Shown here: positions 49,160 through 59,350 of the stretch, piece after piece
Numbering within the stretch: the first letter of the stretch is position 1
Layout: the number at the start of each line of letters is the position of its first letter
Origin: Ostreococcus lucimarinus
Taxonomy: Eukaryota
Assembly (NCBI GenBank): GCA_000092065.1
Contig: CP000590.1
Direction: 5' to 3' (one strand)
Length of the DNA stretch: 64,000 nucleotides
Program-made: the position numbers and the translations under genes
The notes under the pieces: model-generated
Databases searched by the model: none
What the model was told of the DNA's origin: nothing
The model's input: the letters and a program-made list of their open reading frames with translations, nothing else

Positions 49160-50992
49160 TCATCGGCGCCCGAATGGGCTGACGCTGAGTCCCATGACTT
49201 TCGCGCGGCGGCGAAGCTCTTCGTCGGAGGTTGGTTTGTACGCCCCGGGAGGAAGTTTCGGCGCGGGTCCGTGCGTGAGGCGGATGGCGACGCGCGCGCG
49301 AAGTCGTGGCGTCGGTAACATGCCTCGATGTCGCCCCGGCGAGTCAAACTCGTCGTCTGAATCTTTGTCCTCTTCTTCTTTTTCATCTTCCTCTCGTTTT
49401 TCATCTTCCTCGTTCGCGTGTTTCGCCTCGGAGAACTCCATCCAGTTTTCTACGGCTCGTTTCATCGGCGTCAAATCGTCGACCGTGGAGTAAACAAAGG
49501 GCGCCGGCGAGCACTTTTGACTTTCGCTCACGTATCTCGTCATCGCCGTCCGCGCGACGGAGACGCGGCGCTCCGCCGCGCGCGCGCGCTCTTCCAACGC
49601 TTCAACTTGCTCCTTGTCCAAGACGTCACCAATCGATCGCATTTCGAGCTTGTTCTCTAACATCGTCACCTTCGCTTGCAACTCGGTGTTTCTGGTCGTG
49701 GAATCGGCGAGCGCGGCGCTCAGACGCTGCGCCGTCGCAACACTACCGCACTTGCACGGCATTTCGCCTGATATTAAAGCCTCCGGCAAGCTCAAGCGTT
49801 GCGCGAGCGGGGCGTTTTCGGACTCACTCGCTCGCGCCTGCGCGGCAGCCAACGCAGACATGATGGACTCTTTTTCTTCCGCGGCGTGCTCGGCGTTGCG
49901 CGCCATTTGCTCCTTGAGTTTTTTCACTTCGGATTCAATCATCAAAAACTCCTCGCGCAACGCGTGAGCCGTGGCCTCTGCACCATTCGCGCGCTCGTCC
50001 GCGGTGTGGCTGCACCGCTCGAAAAATGCCGCGCGATCTTTAATCTGAGCGAGTTCGCGTTCGCGTCGTCGTTCCGACGCTTCCTTTGTCTTTGCGAGCT
50101 CGTCCTGAAGCGCGTCGAATTCTTCGGCGTGCGCTCGCGTCTCGCGTTCCATTTGCGTCTTGGCGATGTCAAGTTCGCGACGTAACGCCAGTATTTCCGC
50201 ATCCTTCGCCGTGATCTCTCGTTTGTGCACCGCAGATTCCTCGACTTCGGTCTCCGTCTGCACAACCGCGTTGACGAGCTTCGGCTTCTCCGCCCGCGTC
50301 TCGCGCAATCGCTTCGCCTCGGCTTTCGCCGCGACGAGCTCTACGTCACGCTTGTGCGCGTCGAGCCTCAACTTCGCGTTCTCCTTCTCCGTCTCCTCCA
50401 CTCGCGTCGCCCATTTCTCTTCGCTCGCTTCCTCCAACGACTTCGCCCACGCGTTCCTCGCCGTCGCCTCCGCGTGCGCCAACGCGAGCTCGGAATCCTT
50501 GACGTTTTCCAGCACCACCCGCAGCGACCTCGCCTCGAGCGATTCCTCGTAAATCTCCTCCAACGCCCTCCGCTGCGTCGCACTCAGCACCGCGTTCGCC
50601 CCGATTCGCCCCAACACCTCCTCGAACGCCTCCACCGCTTCGAACCCATCCTCGCGTTCCGTCGCCGCGCGCCCGAGCGTCTCCTCGCTCGCGCTCCTCG
50701 CGCGCGCCAGTCTCGACTTCCCGCGCCTCCGCGCCTCTCCCGGCGTCCGCGCGCCCCCTCCGTTCGCCGCGAACCTCTCCGGAGAATTTTTATCCAGCAC
50801 CGCCAGCGGCGAGCGCAGTTCCGTCGTCCCCAGCTTCGCGAGCGTCGGTCGTCGTCCCGCCGTCGTCGCCATCGTCGGCGACGCGATCGCGACCGCGACC
50901 GTCCCTCGCGCGCGCTCGCGTCCCGCGCCGTCGCGGTTCAGGTGCGCGTGCGCTTCCATCGCGCGTCGAATCGCCGCGCGTCGGTCGAGCAT
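49160..50992 (-). CDS. Hypothetical long coiled-coil protein (610 aa from the ATG at 50992) with an acidic, then basic, C-terminus.
   Basis: Extended E/K/R/A heptad-like sequence (…AKRLRETRAEKPKLV…ELDIAKTQMERETRAHAEEFDALQDELAKTKEASERRRERELAQIKD…). The C-terminus is ...EEDEKREEDEKEEEDKDSDDEF...TSDEELRRRAKVMGLSV. Confidence 0.35.
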   Translation of the reverse strand: MLDRRAAIRRAMEAHAHLNRDGAGRERARGTVAVAIASPTMATTAGRRPTLAKLGTTELRSPLAVLDKNSPERFAANGGGARTPGEARRRGKSRLARARSASEETLGRAATEREDGFEAVEAFEEVLGRIGANAVLSATQRRALEEIYEESLEARSLRVVLENVKDSELALAHAEATARNAWAKSLEEASEEKWATRVEETEKENAKLRLDAHKRDVELVAAKAEAKRLRETRAEKPKLVNAVVQTETEVEESAVHKREITAKDAEILALRRELDIAKTQMERETRAHAEEFDALQDELAKTKEASERRRERELAQIKDRAAFFERCSHTADERANGAEATAHALREEFLMIESEVKKLKEQMARNAEHAAEEKESIMSALAAAQARASESENAPLAQRLSLPEALISGEMPCKCGSVATAQRLSAALADSTTRNTELQAKVTMLENKLEMRSIGDVLDKEQVEALEERARAAERRVSVARTAMTRYVSESQKCSPAPFVYSTVDDLTPMKRAVENWMEFSEAKHANEEDEKREEDEKEEEDKDSDDEFDSPGRHRGMLPTPRLRARVAIRLTHGPAPKLPPGAYKPTSDEELRRRAKVMGLSVSPFGRR

Positions 50993-51279
50993 CGCGCGCG
51001 CGTCGTCGGCACGCGCGCGCGCGACGGTCGCGACGAACTGTGACGATTGACGTTCCCCTCCGTCGTTCCCCCGATCGCCGGGACGAGGGAACGACGGGGG
51101 AGCGCGCGACGCGCGCGACGCGAAAAAAAATCGAACCGACGGCGCGGTCGCGATCGAGCGACGCCGCGGTCGCGACGCGCGCGCGGGTCGCGCGGCGTCG
51201 CGGAGACGCGACGCGCGACGGGGCGACGTCACTCGGTGACGCCGTCGAACGACGACCGTCGCGAACGCGAGGCGACGCG

Positions 51280-52092
51280 ATGCGCGGCGCGCTCGCGGCG
51301 CGCGAATCGACGGCGCGACGACCGCGCGCGACGACCGCGCGCGCGCGCGGGAGACGCGCGCGCGCGCGCGCGGGACGACCGACGCGGGCGAATCTGGTGG
51401 ATGATTTCTTGGCGACGTTTTTGCCGCGCGAGGTGAACGAGGCGCGGCGAGAGATGGAGTACTTCGACGGGCCGGGAGGGATGCTGGCGAGGATCGTGCC
51501 GGGACGCGAGAAACCGACGGTTCGAGCGCCCGAGGTGCGAGGGGACGTGGTGTTCGATTTCGGGGAGATGTCGGCGGAGGCGTTCGCGGCGACGTTTAAC
51601 GCGCTGAACGACGTCGTCATGGGGGGGGCGAGCGACGCGGCGGCGACGCTGACGAAGGATGGATTCGCGCGGTTGGCGGGGGAGACGGAAGACGTGCGAG
51701 GTGGGTTCGCGTCGGTGAAATCGCGAGACTTTGATCGGGCGTTGGATTTGAGCGCGTACGAGGGGTTGAAGTTGACGGTTCGCGGCGACGGGAAAACGTA
51801 CAAGTGCATTTTGTACGACACGAACGACTCGTTTAACGTGGCGTTTCATCAAACGTTCGTCGCGCCGAGGGACGTCACCGAGGTGAAGCTCAAGTTTAGC
51901 GATTTCGTCCCCGTGAAGCGCGGTCGAGGCGTGGCGACGAACGACGCGGAGTACCGAAAGACGAACGGTGGGAAAATCGTCGCCATGCAGTTCATGCTGA
52001 GTAAATTCGCGTACGGCATGGAGGAGAAGAACGCCGGCTACGCCCCGGGTCCGTTCGAGTTCGAGCTCAAGCGCGTGGAGGCGTACAGGTGA
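51280..52092 (+). CDS. CIA30-domain protein (complex I intermediate-associated protein 30 family) with a presequence. The track ORF starts at 51040 with GTG.
   Basis: DVVMGGASDAAATLTKDGFARLAGETEDVRGGFASVKSRDFDRALDLSAYEGLKLTVRGDGKTYKCILYD...KIVAMQFMLSKF. Confidence 0.65.
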   Translation: MRGALAARESTARRPRATTARARGRRARARAGRPTRANLVDDFLATFLPREVNEARREMEYFDGPGGMLARIVPGREKPTVRAPEVRGDVVFDFGEMSAEAFAATFNALNDVVMGGASDAAATLTKDGFARLAGETEDVRGGFASVKSRDFDRALDLSAYEGLKLTVRGDGKTYKCILYDTNDSFNVAFHQTFVAPRDVTEVKLKFSDFVPVKRGRGVATNDAEYRKTNGGKIVAMQFMLSKFAYGMEEKNAGYAPGPFEFELKRVEAYR

Positions 52093-52154
52093 AAGTCGAC
52101 CAGCCCGCTCGCGACGTGTAAATCAACATCATTCTCAAATTACAAGGCGTTTTT

Positions 52155-54347
52155 TCATCGCTGCTGCACCGAGCATCGCGTCACCTCCGCGCGGAGGCAT
52201 TTGTGAAGCTTCGTCGCGAGCGCTTCGTCGCCACCGCACATATTTTTCAATACTAGCGGCGACATGCGGACGAACTGGCTTCCCGTGAGCGTGGTCGGTA
52301 CCTTGACAGACTGAAACGCCCCTCTCGCCGCGCTCGATAGCCACTGCGTCACTTCTTCGCGGCTCCATTTCACGGGGGCGATAAGACGCTCCGCCGCGAC
52401 CTCGGTGACTTGACCAGTCTTTGCGTCCACGCGAAGCGTCGCGGCGACGTCCTCTTTTTCTTCGGCGTATCCCTCGCTGTCTTCGTTGCCCCCGATGGCG
52501 TTGATCGTTTTCAAAGTCGCGAGAGAGTGCTCGGTGTCGATAGACGCCGGTGACATGGTGCCGATGACGGCGACGCCAGCGTCTTCGCGCACGAAGCACT
52601 CCGCCAGGACGCGAGTGAGCGGGCTGTTCCGGTACGGCACGTGCACGTTTGAGTTTCTAGCGCCCGAAAATTTCAGTCGTCGGAAGCGCACGCACTCTTT
52701 CAGCGCGTACAAGCTCGCATTAATTTCCGCCGTTTCCTTTCGCTGCTTCTCGTTGTGATGCGTATTGTCCTCTTTGCGTTCGCTTCCTGCACAATCCACC
52801 AACGTCAGACGACCCATCGATCCATCGGACAAAGTAACGGTGAGACGCATGACTGCGTGCGATCGAGACGACGACGCGTTACACTGCGTCGCACTCGTTT
52901 GTCGACGAGATTTGCCCTCGTCGATGACCTTTTTCAAGTCGCTCGCGCTCGTCACGACGGGTTCCTTCGCGCCCATGAGTTCGACTTCCATCTGCCCCGT
53001 GAGCGCGTCGCCCTGCTCTTCGAACAATTCTTTCAGTCGAATCTCCACTCGACCAGGTTGCAGCAAGTCCACGCACGCCTTACCGGCGATTTCGAAATAC
53101 GACACCTTGATGGATTTCGCCCCCGCCGCGGCGCCGTCGCCGACGAATAGCGCCTCGATGGCGTGTTTCTCAATGTTCTCCATCGTGTGCGTCTTCCCGC
53201 TTCCCGTTTGGCCGTACATGAATAAAGCGCCGACGCCACCTTTAAGCGTACCCGCCACGAGAGGCGCCGCGCTGCGATCGTACACATCGTGCTCTTGCGC
53301 GTCTTCGTCAAAGACGCCGCCCGAAAGCGTGTACGCGCAGTGCTTGACAAACATCCTCTTCAAATCGGCGTGCATCTGGCAGTTGTGCACGACAGCGGTT
53401 GATCCACTCTTCACGCTCACGACGTCGTACTCGCCGCGCTTCTTCTCGGGATCGAAAAGTGGACGCTTTCGCGCGTACACGTTAATCGCTCCGGGCGCGC
53501 TCGTCTCGGCGCCCGTCTCGGCGTCCGACGAATTCGTGAGATTCTTGTCACGCCAACGCTTCACCGACGCCGCGAAAGGGACTCGATTCATTCGCCTGCT
53601 CTCGCGCTTATCGAACATTTGACGATGCACCTTGTCTTCGCTCATGCCAGTCGGCCGCTTTTTCGCCGCCGGCGCGCCCGTCGGTCTCGTCGAGGATGGT
53701 TCGCTCACGCCGCCGACGGGGCGCGCCGCCGTGGACGGTTTACCAGGCGCGCTCACTCGCCCAACCGGTCGCGTCGTCGTCGACGTCACCTTGCGCTCGC
53801 GCGGTCGAGTCTTCTCCTTGGACGCGTCGCTCGTCGCTCGATTCGTCGCGAGCGGCGATCGCGACCGCTTCCCCTCTGGCTTTTTCGCGTTCGGCGGCGA
53901 CCACTCCGCCTTGTACGGTTTCGGCGCCGATTTCTTCGCCGGTTCCGGCGCCTTCGTCACCGCGCGCGGTTTTTCCTCTTCCTCCTCTTTCGCCGGCTTC
54001 TCCGCGGACGCCGTCTTCGTCTCCGCGGGCGGCTTCTCCGGCTTGGTCGGCGACTTTTGCGGCGTCGCCGTCGGCACCTTCTTCCGCTCCGGTTCCGGCG
54101 CGAGTTCGACGTCACCGCTCAACTCCAACGCCGTTCCATCGGGCACCACCTTCGAGTGCACCGTCGTCGTCTTCGCTCGCGCGTCCTCCTCCGCGCACGC
54201 TCGCTCCGCGCGCGCGTCCGCCTCCGCGCGTTCCCTCGCCAACTCCCGCTCCACCTCCTCGCGAATCTTCGCCGCCAGCGCCTCCGCCTCCCTCTTCGCC
54301 GCGCGTTCGTTCTCTTCGCGCTTCGCCCTGTCCGTCTTCGCTCGCAA
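52155..54347 (-). CDS. Kinesin-13-family motor (MCAK/KIF24-like) with a charged coiled-coil N-terminal region and a C-terminal SAM-like domain. The 5' end is unresolved.
   Basis: INVYARKRPLF...VFDEDAQEHDVYDRSAAPLVAGTLKGGVGALFMYGQTGSGKTHTM; SSRSHAVMRLTV; LVDCAGSER...INASLYALKECV. The C-terminus WSREEVTQWLSSAARGAFQSVKVPTTLTGSQFVRMSPLVLKNM is SAM-like. The track start is TTG. The frame stays open and coding-like upstream to a TAG at ~54483 with no in-frame ATG. Confidence 0.8.
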   Translation of the reverse strand: MRAKTDRAKREENERAAKREAEALAAKIREEVERELARERAEADARAERACAEEDARAKTTTVHSKVVPDGTALELSGDVELAPEPERKKVPTATPQKSPTKPEKPPAETKTASAEKPAKEEEEEKPRAVTKAPEPAKKSAPKPYKAEWSPPNAKKPEGKRSRSPLATNRATSDASKEKTRPRERKVTSTTTRPVGRVSAPGKPSTAARPVGGVSEPSSTRPTGAPAAKKRPTGMSEDKVHRQMFDKRESRRMNRVPFAASVKRWRDKNLTNSSDAETGAETSAPGAINVYARKRPLFDPEKKRGEYDVVSVKSGSTAVVHNCQMHADLKRMFVKHCAYTLSGGVFDEDAQEHDVYDRSAAPLVAGTLKGGVGALFMYGQTGSGKTHTMENIEKHAIEALFVGDGAAAGAKSIKVSYFEIAGKACVDLLQPGRVEIRLKELFEEQGDALTGQMEVELMGAKEPVVTSASDLKKVIDEGKSRRQTSATQCNASSSRSHAVMRLTVTLSDGSMGRLTLVDCAGSERKEDNTHHNEKQRKETAEINASLYALKECVRFRRLKFSGARNSNVHVPYRNSPLTRVLAECFVREDAGVAVIGTMSPASIDTEHSLATLKTINAIGGNEDSEGYAEEKEDVAATLRVDAKTGQVTEVAAERLIAPVKWSREEVTQWLSSAARGAFQSVKVPTTLTGSQFVRMSPLVLKNMCGGDEALATKLHKCLRAEVTRCSVQQR

Positions 54348-54758
54348 CCGCGCCTCTTCCCGCGCCTTCGCCTCGCGTCTCGCGACGCGCGCGTCCTCGT
54401 CGTCCGCGGTCGCGCGTCGCGCCTTGGCCCGCGCGATGGCTTCTTTTCGTTTCGCCGCCCACGCCGCCGCCGCGCTCGACGCCTATCGTTGCCCGCGCGC
54501 GACGAACGCGCCTTCGTCAGTCCATCGTCGCGTTCGTTCGCGCGATCGTCGTCGTCGATTCGTTCGTTCGTTCGTGCGTCATCGCCAGGGGAACAAAGAC
54601 GCGCGACGGCGCGATGGTCGACGCGTCGGTCGACGCCCATCGCGACGCGCGACGCCCATCGCGCTCGAGCGCTCGCACGCGGTTACGTTCGCGTCGCGTC
54701 GACGCGCGCACCTTCGCCGCGTCCATCGCGGCGTCGTCGACTGCGGACGCCGGCGGAC

Positions 54759-54782
54759 GATCGATCGATCGATCGATCGATT
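54759..54782. repeat. (GATC)6 microsatellite in the kinesin/hydrolase divergent spacer. A (TTCG)4 repeat is at ~54547-54562.
   Basis: Read directly from the sequence. Confidence 0.85.
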
Positions 54783-55016
54783 CGAACGTCGAAGAACCCG
54801 TAACCGTGCGCGTTCATCGCATGCGCGCGCGACCGCGTCGTCGAGTCGCGCTCGAGCGCGTAACGGTCGATAACCGCGACCGACACGTCCGGTTTCTATT
54901 TTTGAACCGTCGCGCGCCGTCGTCGCGAACGCGCGCGTCGCGGTCGACGACGACGCGGCGTCGCGACGACTCGAATCGTCGCGACGACGACGCGCGTGGG
55001 CGTCGCGACCGACGCG

Positions 55017-55040
55017 GATGATTGATTGATTGATTGATTC
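55017..55040. repeat. (GATT)5 microsatellite immediately upstream of the hydrolase ATG.
   Basis: Read directly: gatgattgattgattgattgattc. Confidence 0.85.
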
Positions 55041-55049
55041 AATGATGCG

Positions 55050-56060
55050 ATGCATGAATGCATGAATGCGCGGCCGTCGCGGCATCGCGCGACGCGCGCA
55101 AAAACGCGAATGCGCGCGGTCGCGACGCGCGCGCGCGACGCCGCGCGCGCGGTGACGCGTTCCAGCGCGTCGACGCGAGACGCGACGGGCGCGCGACCGA
55201 AGCGGATGGGATTCGACGCGCGCGCGTCGACGCGTGACGACGCGACGAGCGACGCGCGCGACGTCGAGCGAGTCGTGCGCAGGGTGAATCGAAGGATATC
55301 GAGCGCGGTGGGGGCGTTCGGGAGCGACGCGACGGGGCCGAGGGACGTCGAGGGGGAGGGGGGACGACGGGGCGCGACGCGCGAGGCGACGCGCGACGCG
55401 GGCGCGGCGCGGTTGTTGGTGTGGTTTCACGGGTACGGCGACGTCGACGGGGGGGCGTGGCGAGAGTTTTGTGAGGTCGTGGCGAGGGCGCGCGGGAGCG
55501 CGAGCGGGCGGACGGCGATCGCGACGCCGGACGCGATGCGGATGGACGCGGGGAACGGGCGGTTTCCGCGCGCGTGGTTCAAGCCGCGACTGCGCGTGCG
55601 AAGGAAAGACGAGCGCGAGTGGACGTGCGATGGGATCGAGGACGCGGTGGTGCGCGCGGTGACGATCGTGGACGATGCGGTGCGAAAGTACGGGATTCAG
55701 CGCAAAGACGTCGTCTTGGGCGGGTTCTCGCAGGGGGCGTGCTTGGCGTTGGCGTGCGCGAAGAGCGAGTTGAGCGACGTCGGCGGCGTGCTCGCGGTGC
55801 GCGGGTACCTGCCGAATCGCTCGAGAGAGTTCTCAGAACTGAAGCCCGACACTTTAATACTAGCGGGTGGGGCCGATCCTTTGGTGCCCGTGGAGTGGTC
55901 GTTGGAGGCGGGGCGGTTGACGGGGGGGATGGTGACGCTGCGCGAAAACATGGGGCACGAGTTGTGCGTCGAGGACGTCTATCGCGCGCGACGGTGGTTC
56001 CACGAACGCGCGGTCGCGAACGGTAATTGTATCGCGAATCACACCAGACTAGAGGCTTAG
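55050..56060 (+). CDS. Alpha/beta-hydrolase of the phospholipase/carboxylesterase (acyl-protein thioesterase, Abhydrolase_2) family with an N-terminal presequence.
   Basis: LLVWFHGYGD...GIQRKDVVLGGFSQGACLALACA (a GxSxG nucleophile elbow)...LILAGGADPLVP...NMGHE. Confidence 0.7.
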   Translation: MHECMNARPSRHRATRAKTRMRAVATRARDAARAVTRSSASTRDATGARPKRMGFDARASTRDDATSDARDVERVVRRVNRRISSAVGAFGSDATGPRDVEGEGGRRGATREATRDAGAARLLVWFHGYGDVDGGAWREFCEVVARARGSASGRTAIATPDAMRMDAGNGRFPRAWFKPRLRVRRKDEREWTCDGIEDAVVRAVTIVDDAVRKYGIQRKDVVLGGFSQGACLALACAKSELSDVGGVLAVRGYLPNRSREFSELKPDTLILAGGADPLVPVEWSLEAGRLTGGMVTLRENMGHELCVEDVYRARRWFHERAVANGNCIANHTRLEA

Positions 56061-56097
56061 CGTAGTTGTAACGCGACGCGTTTGCGCTTCTCGGACG

Positions 56098-57117
56098 TTA
56101 CATAAATCGAGGCTTTTTCGTTTTGCTCGCGAGCTTGGCGCGAATGCTCGAGACGTCCACCTTGGGCGCGGACGACTTCTTGGGCTCCGCACCGCGCGCC
56201 GCGAACGCGGCGCGCGCGTTTTCATCGCTCATATCTAAATGAATCGTCTCGTCGTACGTCGGCATTTCGTTGAGCATGTCCTTGGACACGTAATTCTCCT
56301 CCGCCGCGCGCGTCGCCGCCGCACCGGAGCCGTAGTGCACGCCGGTGAAGGAGACGTGTCCGCCGCCTTGAATTTTCCCTTCCGCGCGTAGTTCCTCCAC
56401 TTTCCTCCGCACCGCGAGCGTCAAGTACTCCTTTCTCGTGTCTTTGTGACTCAACAAATCGAGCACGTTTTTCACCGCGCGCTGCGCCGCGGGCGCCTTC
56501 GCGTGCGCGTTCCTCGATTTATCCAAACGTAAACTCAACAGTTTGCATCGCATCGCGATTTCGTTTGTTTTCACCGCCTCGTGTCCGCTCCATTCAACCT
56601 TACCGAGCGAATCGATGGGCACCTCGCGCAACTTTAACAAACGCAAAAAATCCTTGTCCCGGTGCGCCGCGAGTATGTCTTCAATCTCCTTCGCCGTCGC
56701 CACGCCCAGGCGCGCGTTCACGTCCTCCGTCACCGCATCATCTAACGTCAGTTTCGGCGCGTAGTCCTCCACCTTGGCGCCTCCCATGCGCACCGCGCCG
56801 CCCGTGACGCGTCCCGAGCCGCCGGCGCCGTCCCCGTCCAGTCCTTGTCGCGCCCGCGAACTCGCCATCGACGCCTTCACCGCCTCCGCCAAGTCATCGC
56901 CCGACGGTGCTCGCTTCTTTTCACCCGCCAGCGCGCGTTTCAGCGCTTCGCGGAACGTCGCCGCGTCGTCGTCGCGCACGCCGACGTCTTCGAGCAGCGC
57001 GTCCAAGTCTCTCTCGTAACGCAAATCGTCGACGGTATCGACGCCTTGCTCGACGAAACGCGCGGCGTAGTGCTCGTCGAGACCGGCGTCGACGATGAAG
57101 TCGCGCACGGCGACCAT
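56098..57117 (-). CDS. Hypothetical protein with a degenerate J-domain-like segment (339 aa from the ATG at 57117).
   Basis: ...DFLRLLKLREVPIDSLGKVEWSGHEAVKTNEIAMRCKLLSLRLDKSRNAHAKAPAAQRAVKNVLDLLSHKDTRKEY has a J-domain-like helix arrangement without HPD. It is weak. Confidence 0.3.
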   Translation of the reverse strand: MVAVRDFIVDAGLDEHYAARFVEQGVDTVDDLRYERDLDALLEDVGVRDDDAATFREALKRALAGEKKRAPSGDDLAEAVKASMASSRARQGLDGDGAGGSGRVTGGAVRMGGAKVEDYAPKLTLDDAVTEDVNARLGVATAKEIEDILAAHRDKDFLRLLKLREVPIDSLGKVEWSGHEAVKTNEIAMRCKLLSLRLDKSRNAHAKAPAAQRAVKNVLDLLSHKDTRKEYLTLAVRRKVEELRAEGKIQGGGHVSFTGVHYGSGAAATRAAEENYVSKDMLNEMPTYDETIHLDMSDENARAAFAARGAEPKKSSAPKVDVSSIRAKLASKTKKPRFM

Positions 57118-57197
57118 GGCGTCGGTCGGGCGCGAGCGGAGGCTGATTGTGAGGGCGGCGCGAGCGCGGGCGCGACGACGCGAGCTACAACGCAAAG

Positions 57198-58298
57198 CTA
57201 GGCCAACGCCGCTCGTAAGCGGTCGATGCGGGTGCGATAATAGTTCCCGCGCAAAGGGTCGAGTGTGGCTAAGTTTCTAAACATCGACTCCGCGCTCGCG
57301 GCGCGACCGATGTCGGCGTCGCGAACGGCTTCGGCGGCGACGCGGTCGGCGAGCAGGAGCGCGGCGTGACGCGACGGCACGCGCGACGGCGCGGGCGCCG
57401 CGGCGGTTCGCGCGGCGTCGATCGCGAGCGCGACGACGCGGTTCGCGACGTCGCGCGGTATCGCGCTCCCATCTCGCTCCGCGATCGCGCACAGACCGCG
57501 AAGATAATTCCACGCGCTCTCGTTGTCGTCGTCGACGCGCGGCGCCGTCGTCGCGAACGCCGCCTCCCGCTCCAACACCCCCACGTCTCCTCGCTCCAAG
57601 CACACCATCACGCACTGAAACCGCGCGTTCCAAGCGCTGTTATTCATCCAATCTTCCGCCAGCATCTCCTCCGTGAACGCCATCTCTTCCTCCCACGCGT
57701 CGCATCGCTCGACGAGCCACGCGCGATGCGACCACGCGTGTATGTTCTTCCCATCCAGCATCAGCGCCGCGTTCGCGTGCGCGAACGCCCCGTCTCGTAA
57801 TCCTTCAAACGCACCCGCGGCATCCGCGCGTTCGAGCACCATTCTCGCGTGATTCCACACTTGATAATTCTTTGGATTTTTCGTCGTCTGCGCCTCGGCG
57901 AACGCGAGCTCGTCGCGCAGCGTCGCCGTCCCCGCCTCCGCCTCGCGCGCGTCGACCGCGTCCTCGACGCACCGCATGCGAAACGCCCACGCGGTGTAGT
58001 GCGCGCCGCACGTCTCGAGCACGCGCGCCGCGGCTTCCGCGCCGTCCTCGGGCGTCCACTCGCGCGCCGTCGTCCCGCCGTCGTCGCCTTCGAGCGCCGC
58101 GCGCGCGCGACGCGCCATCGCGCGCTCGAGCGCGCCGACGGCGTCCTCGTACGCGTCCTCGTACGCCGGTCGCGCGACGTCGCGCGCGCCGTCGCCGTCG
58201 CCGTCGCGGCGCATCCGTCGCGCTCTGCCGCAATCCGCGACGCCGTCGCCGCGCGCGCCGCCGCGCCGCGCTCGAGCGCGCGCCGCGATGGACGACAT
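57198..58298 (-). CDS. FNTA: Protein prenyltransferase (farnesyl/geranylgeranyl-I transferase) alpha subunit (366 aa from the ATG at 58298). The upstream part of the 646-aa track ORF is treated as non-coding.
   Basis: PPTA repeats: KNYQVWNHARMV, KNIHAWSHRAWLV, NNSAWNARFQCV and NESAWNYLRGL. Confidence 0.85.
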   Translation of the reverse strand: MSSIAARARARRGGARGDGVADCGRARRMRRDGDGDGARDVARPAYEDAYEDAVGALERAMARRARAALEGDDGGTTAREWTPEDGAEAAARVLETCGAHYTAWAFRMRCVEDAVDAREAEAGTATLRDELAFAEAQTTKNPKNYQVWNHARMVLERADAAGAFEGLRDGAFAHANAALMLDGKNIHAWSHRAWLVERCDAWEEEMAFTEEMLAEDWMNNSAWNARFQCVMVCLERGDVGVLEREAAFATTAPRVDDDNESAWNYLRGLCAIAERDGSAIPRDVANRVVALAIDAARTAAAPAPSRVPSRHAALLLADRVAAEAVRDADIGRAASAESMFRNLATLDPLRGNYYRTRIDRLRAALA

Positions 58299-58667
58299 CG
58301 AGAACGACCGCTCGCTGAGCAACTCCGGGCGCTCGACGCCCGTGCACCGCGAGCGCAAGCTCGCGGAACCGTCGACGACGGCGCAACCGCCGACGACCGA
58401 TCCGTCGCGCACGCTGCGACTGTTCGAACAGCAGAGCGTCGATCGACGACGACGGGCGCTGGGAGAGACGGTGCGCGATGCGAGCGTCGATCGCGCGCGC
58501 GCGACGGGCGAACGGGCGCGAGCGACGCGAACGAGACGGCGATTCGAGCGATTCCGGCGCAACCGTTTCTCGAGCGAAGTCTTTCCCCTCGGGACGCGCG
58601 ACGAGACGCGAGGGACGCTGGCGTCGTGGTCGAGCGCCGAGACTGACGATGCGCGTTCACGCGCGCG

Positions 58668-59216
58668 ATGAAGGATGATTCGGCGTCGTTGGCGCGGTTG
58701 TTGCAGGAGCAAGAGCGCGCGTACTTCATGATGCGCTTCGACGGGAACGCGCGAGGCGAGACGGCGTTCGCGGACGAGGACGCGGCGTTCGAGGAGGAGG
58801 AAGAGGATGAATCGTTGGCGCTCGCGAGGCAACTGCAGGAACAGGAGGAACAAGAGTATAGGAATCGGATGTTGGCCATGGCTGGGATCGATCCCGATGC
58901 GGAGGAGGATTCTGAGGCGGAGGGGATCGATACGGACGCGATGACGTACGAGGAGTTGTGCGAGCTCGGGGACGTCGTGGGGAAGGTGACGTGTGGGCTC
59001 ACCGATGCGCAAATCGCGTCGTTGCCGCAAAGGACGATCGATGCGAGCGTGGCGGGGACGAAGTGTGCGGTGTGTTGCATGGAATTCGACGCCGGTGAGG
59101 ACGCGTGCGAGTTGCCGAGGTGCGGGCACGTGTATCACGGTGAGTGCGTCGAGCCGTGGTTGAAGGAGAACAAGTCGTGTCCGACGTGCAAGACGGAGGT
59201 GTTCGAAGAGACTTAG
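58668..59216 (+). CDS. RING-H2 finger E3 ubiquitin ligase-like protein. An upstream exon is possible.
   Basis: CAVCCMEFDAGEDACELPRCGHVYHGECVEPWLKENKSCPTCK at the C-terminus. L-x-R-L-LQEQE motifs occur twice in this ORF, and a related LRLFEQQSV occurs in the upstream out-of-frame ORF 58288-58671. Confidence 0.75.
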   Translation: MKDDSASLARLLQEQERAYFMMRFDGNARGETAFADEDAAFEEEEEDESLALARQLQEQEEQEYRNRMLAMAGIDPDAEEDSEAEGIDTDAMTYEELCELGDVVGKVTCGLTDAQIASLPQRTIDASVAGTKCAVCCMEFDAGEDACELPRCGHVYHGECVEPWLKENKSCPTCKTEVFEET

Positions 59217-59350
59217 TCAAATTCTACTGTACTACCATTTTTACGCCTTAATTCCTTCCATGGACGATTTTTCGCGTAGCGCGGCGTTGCAATGAAGATC
59301 TACGCGTCTCGTTTCTCTCTGGCATCGTTTCTCTCTGGTATCGTTTCATC

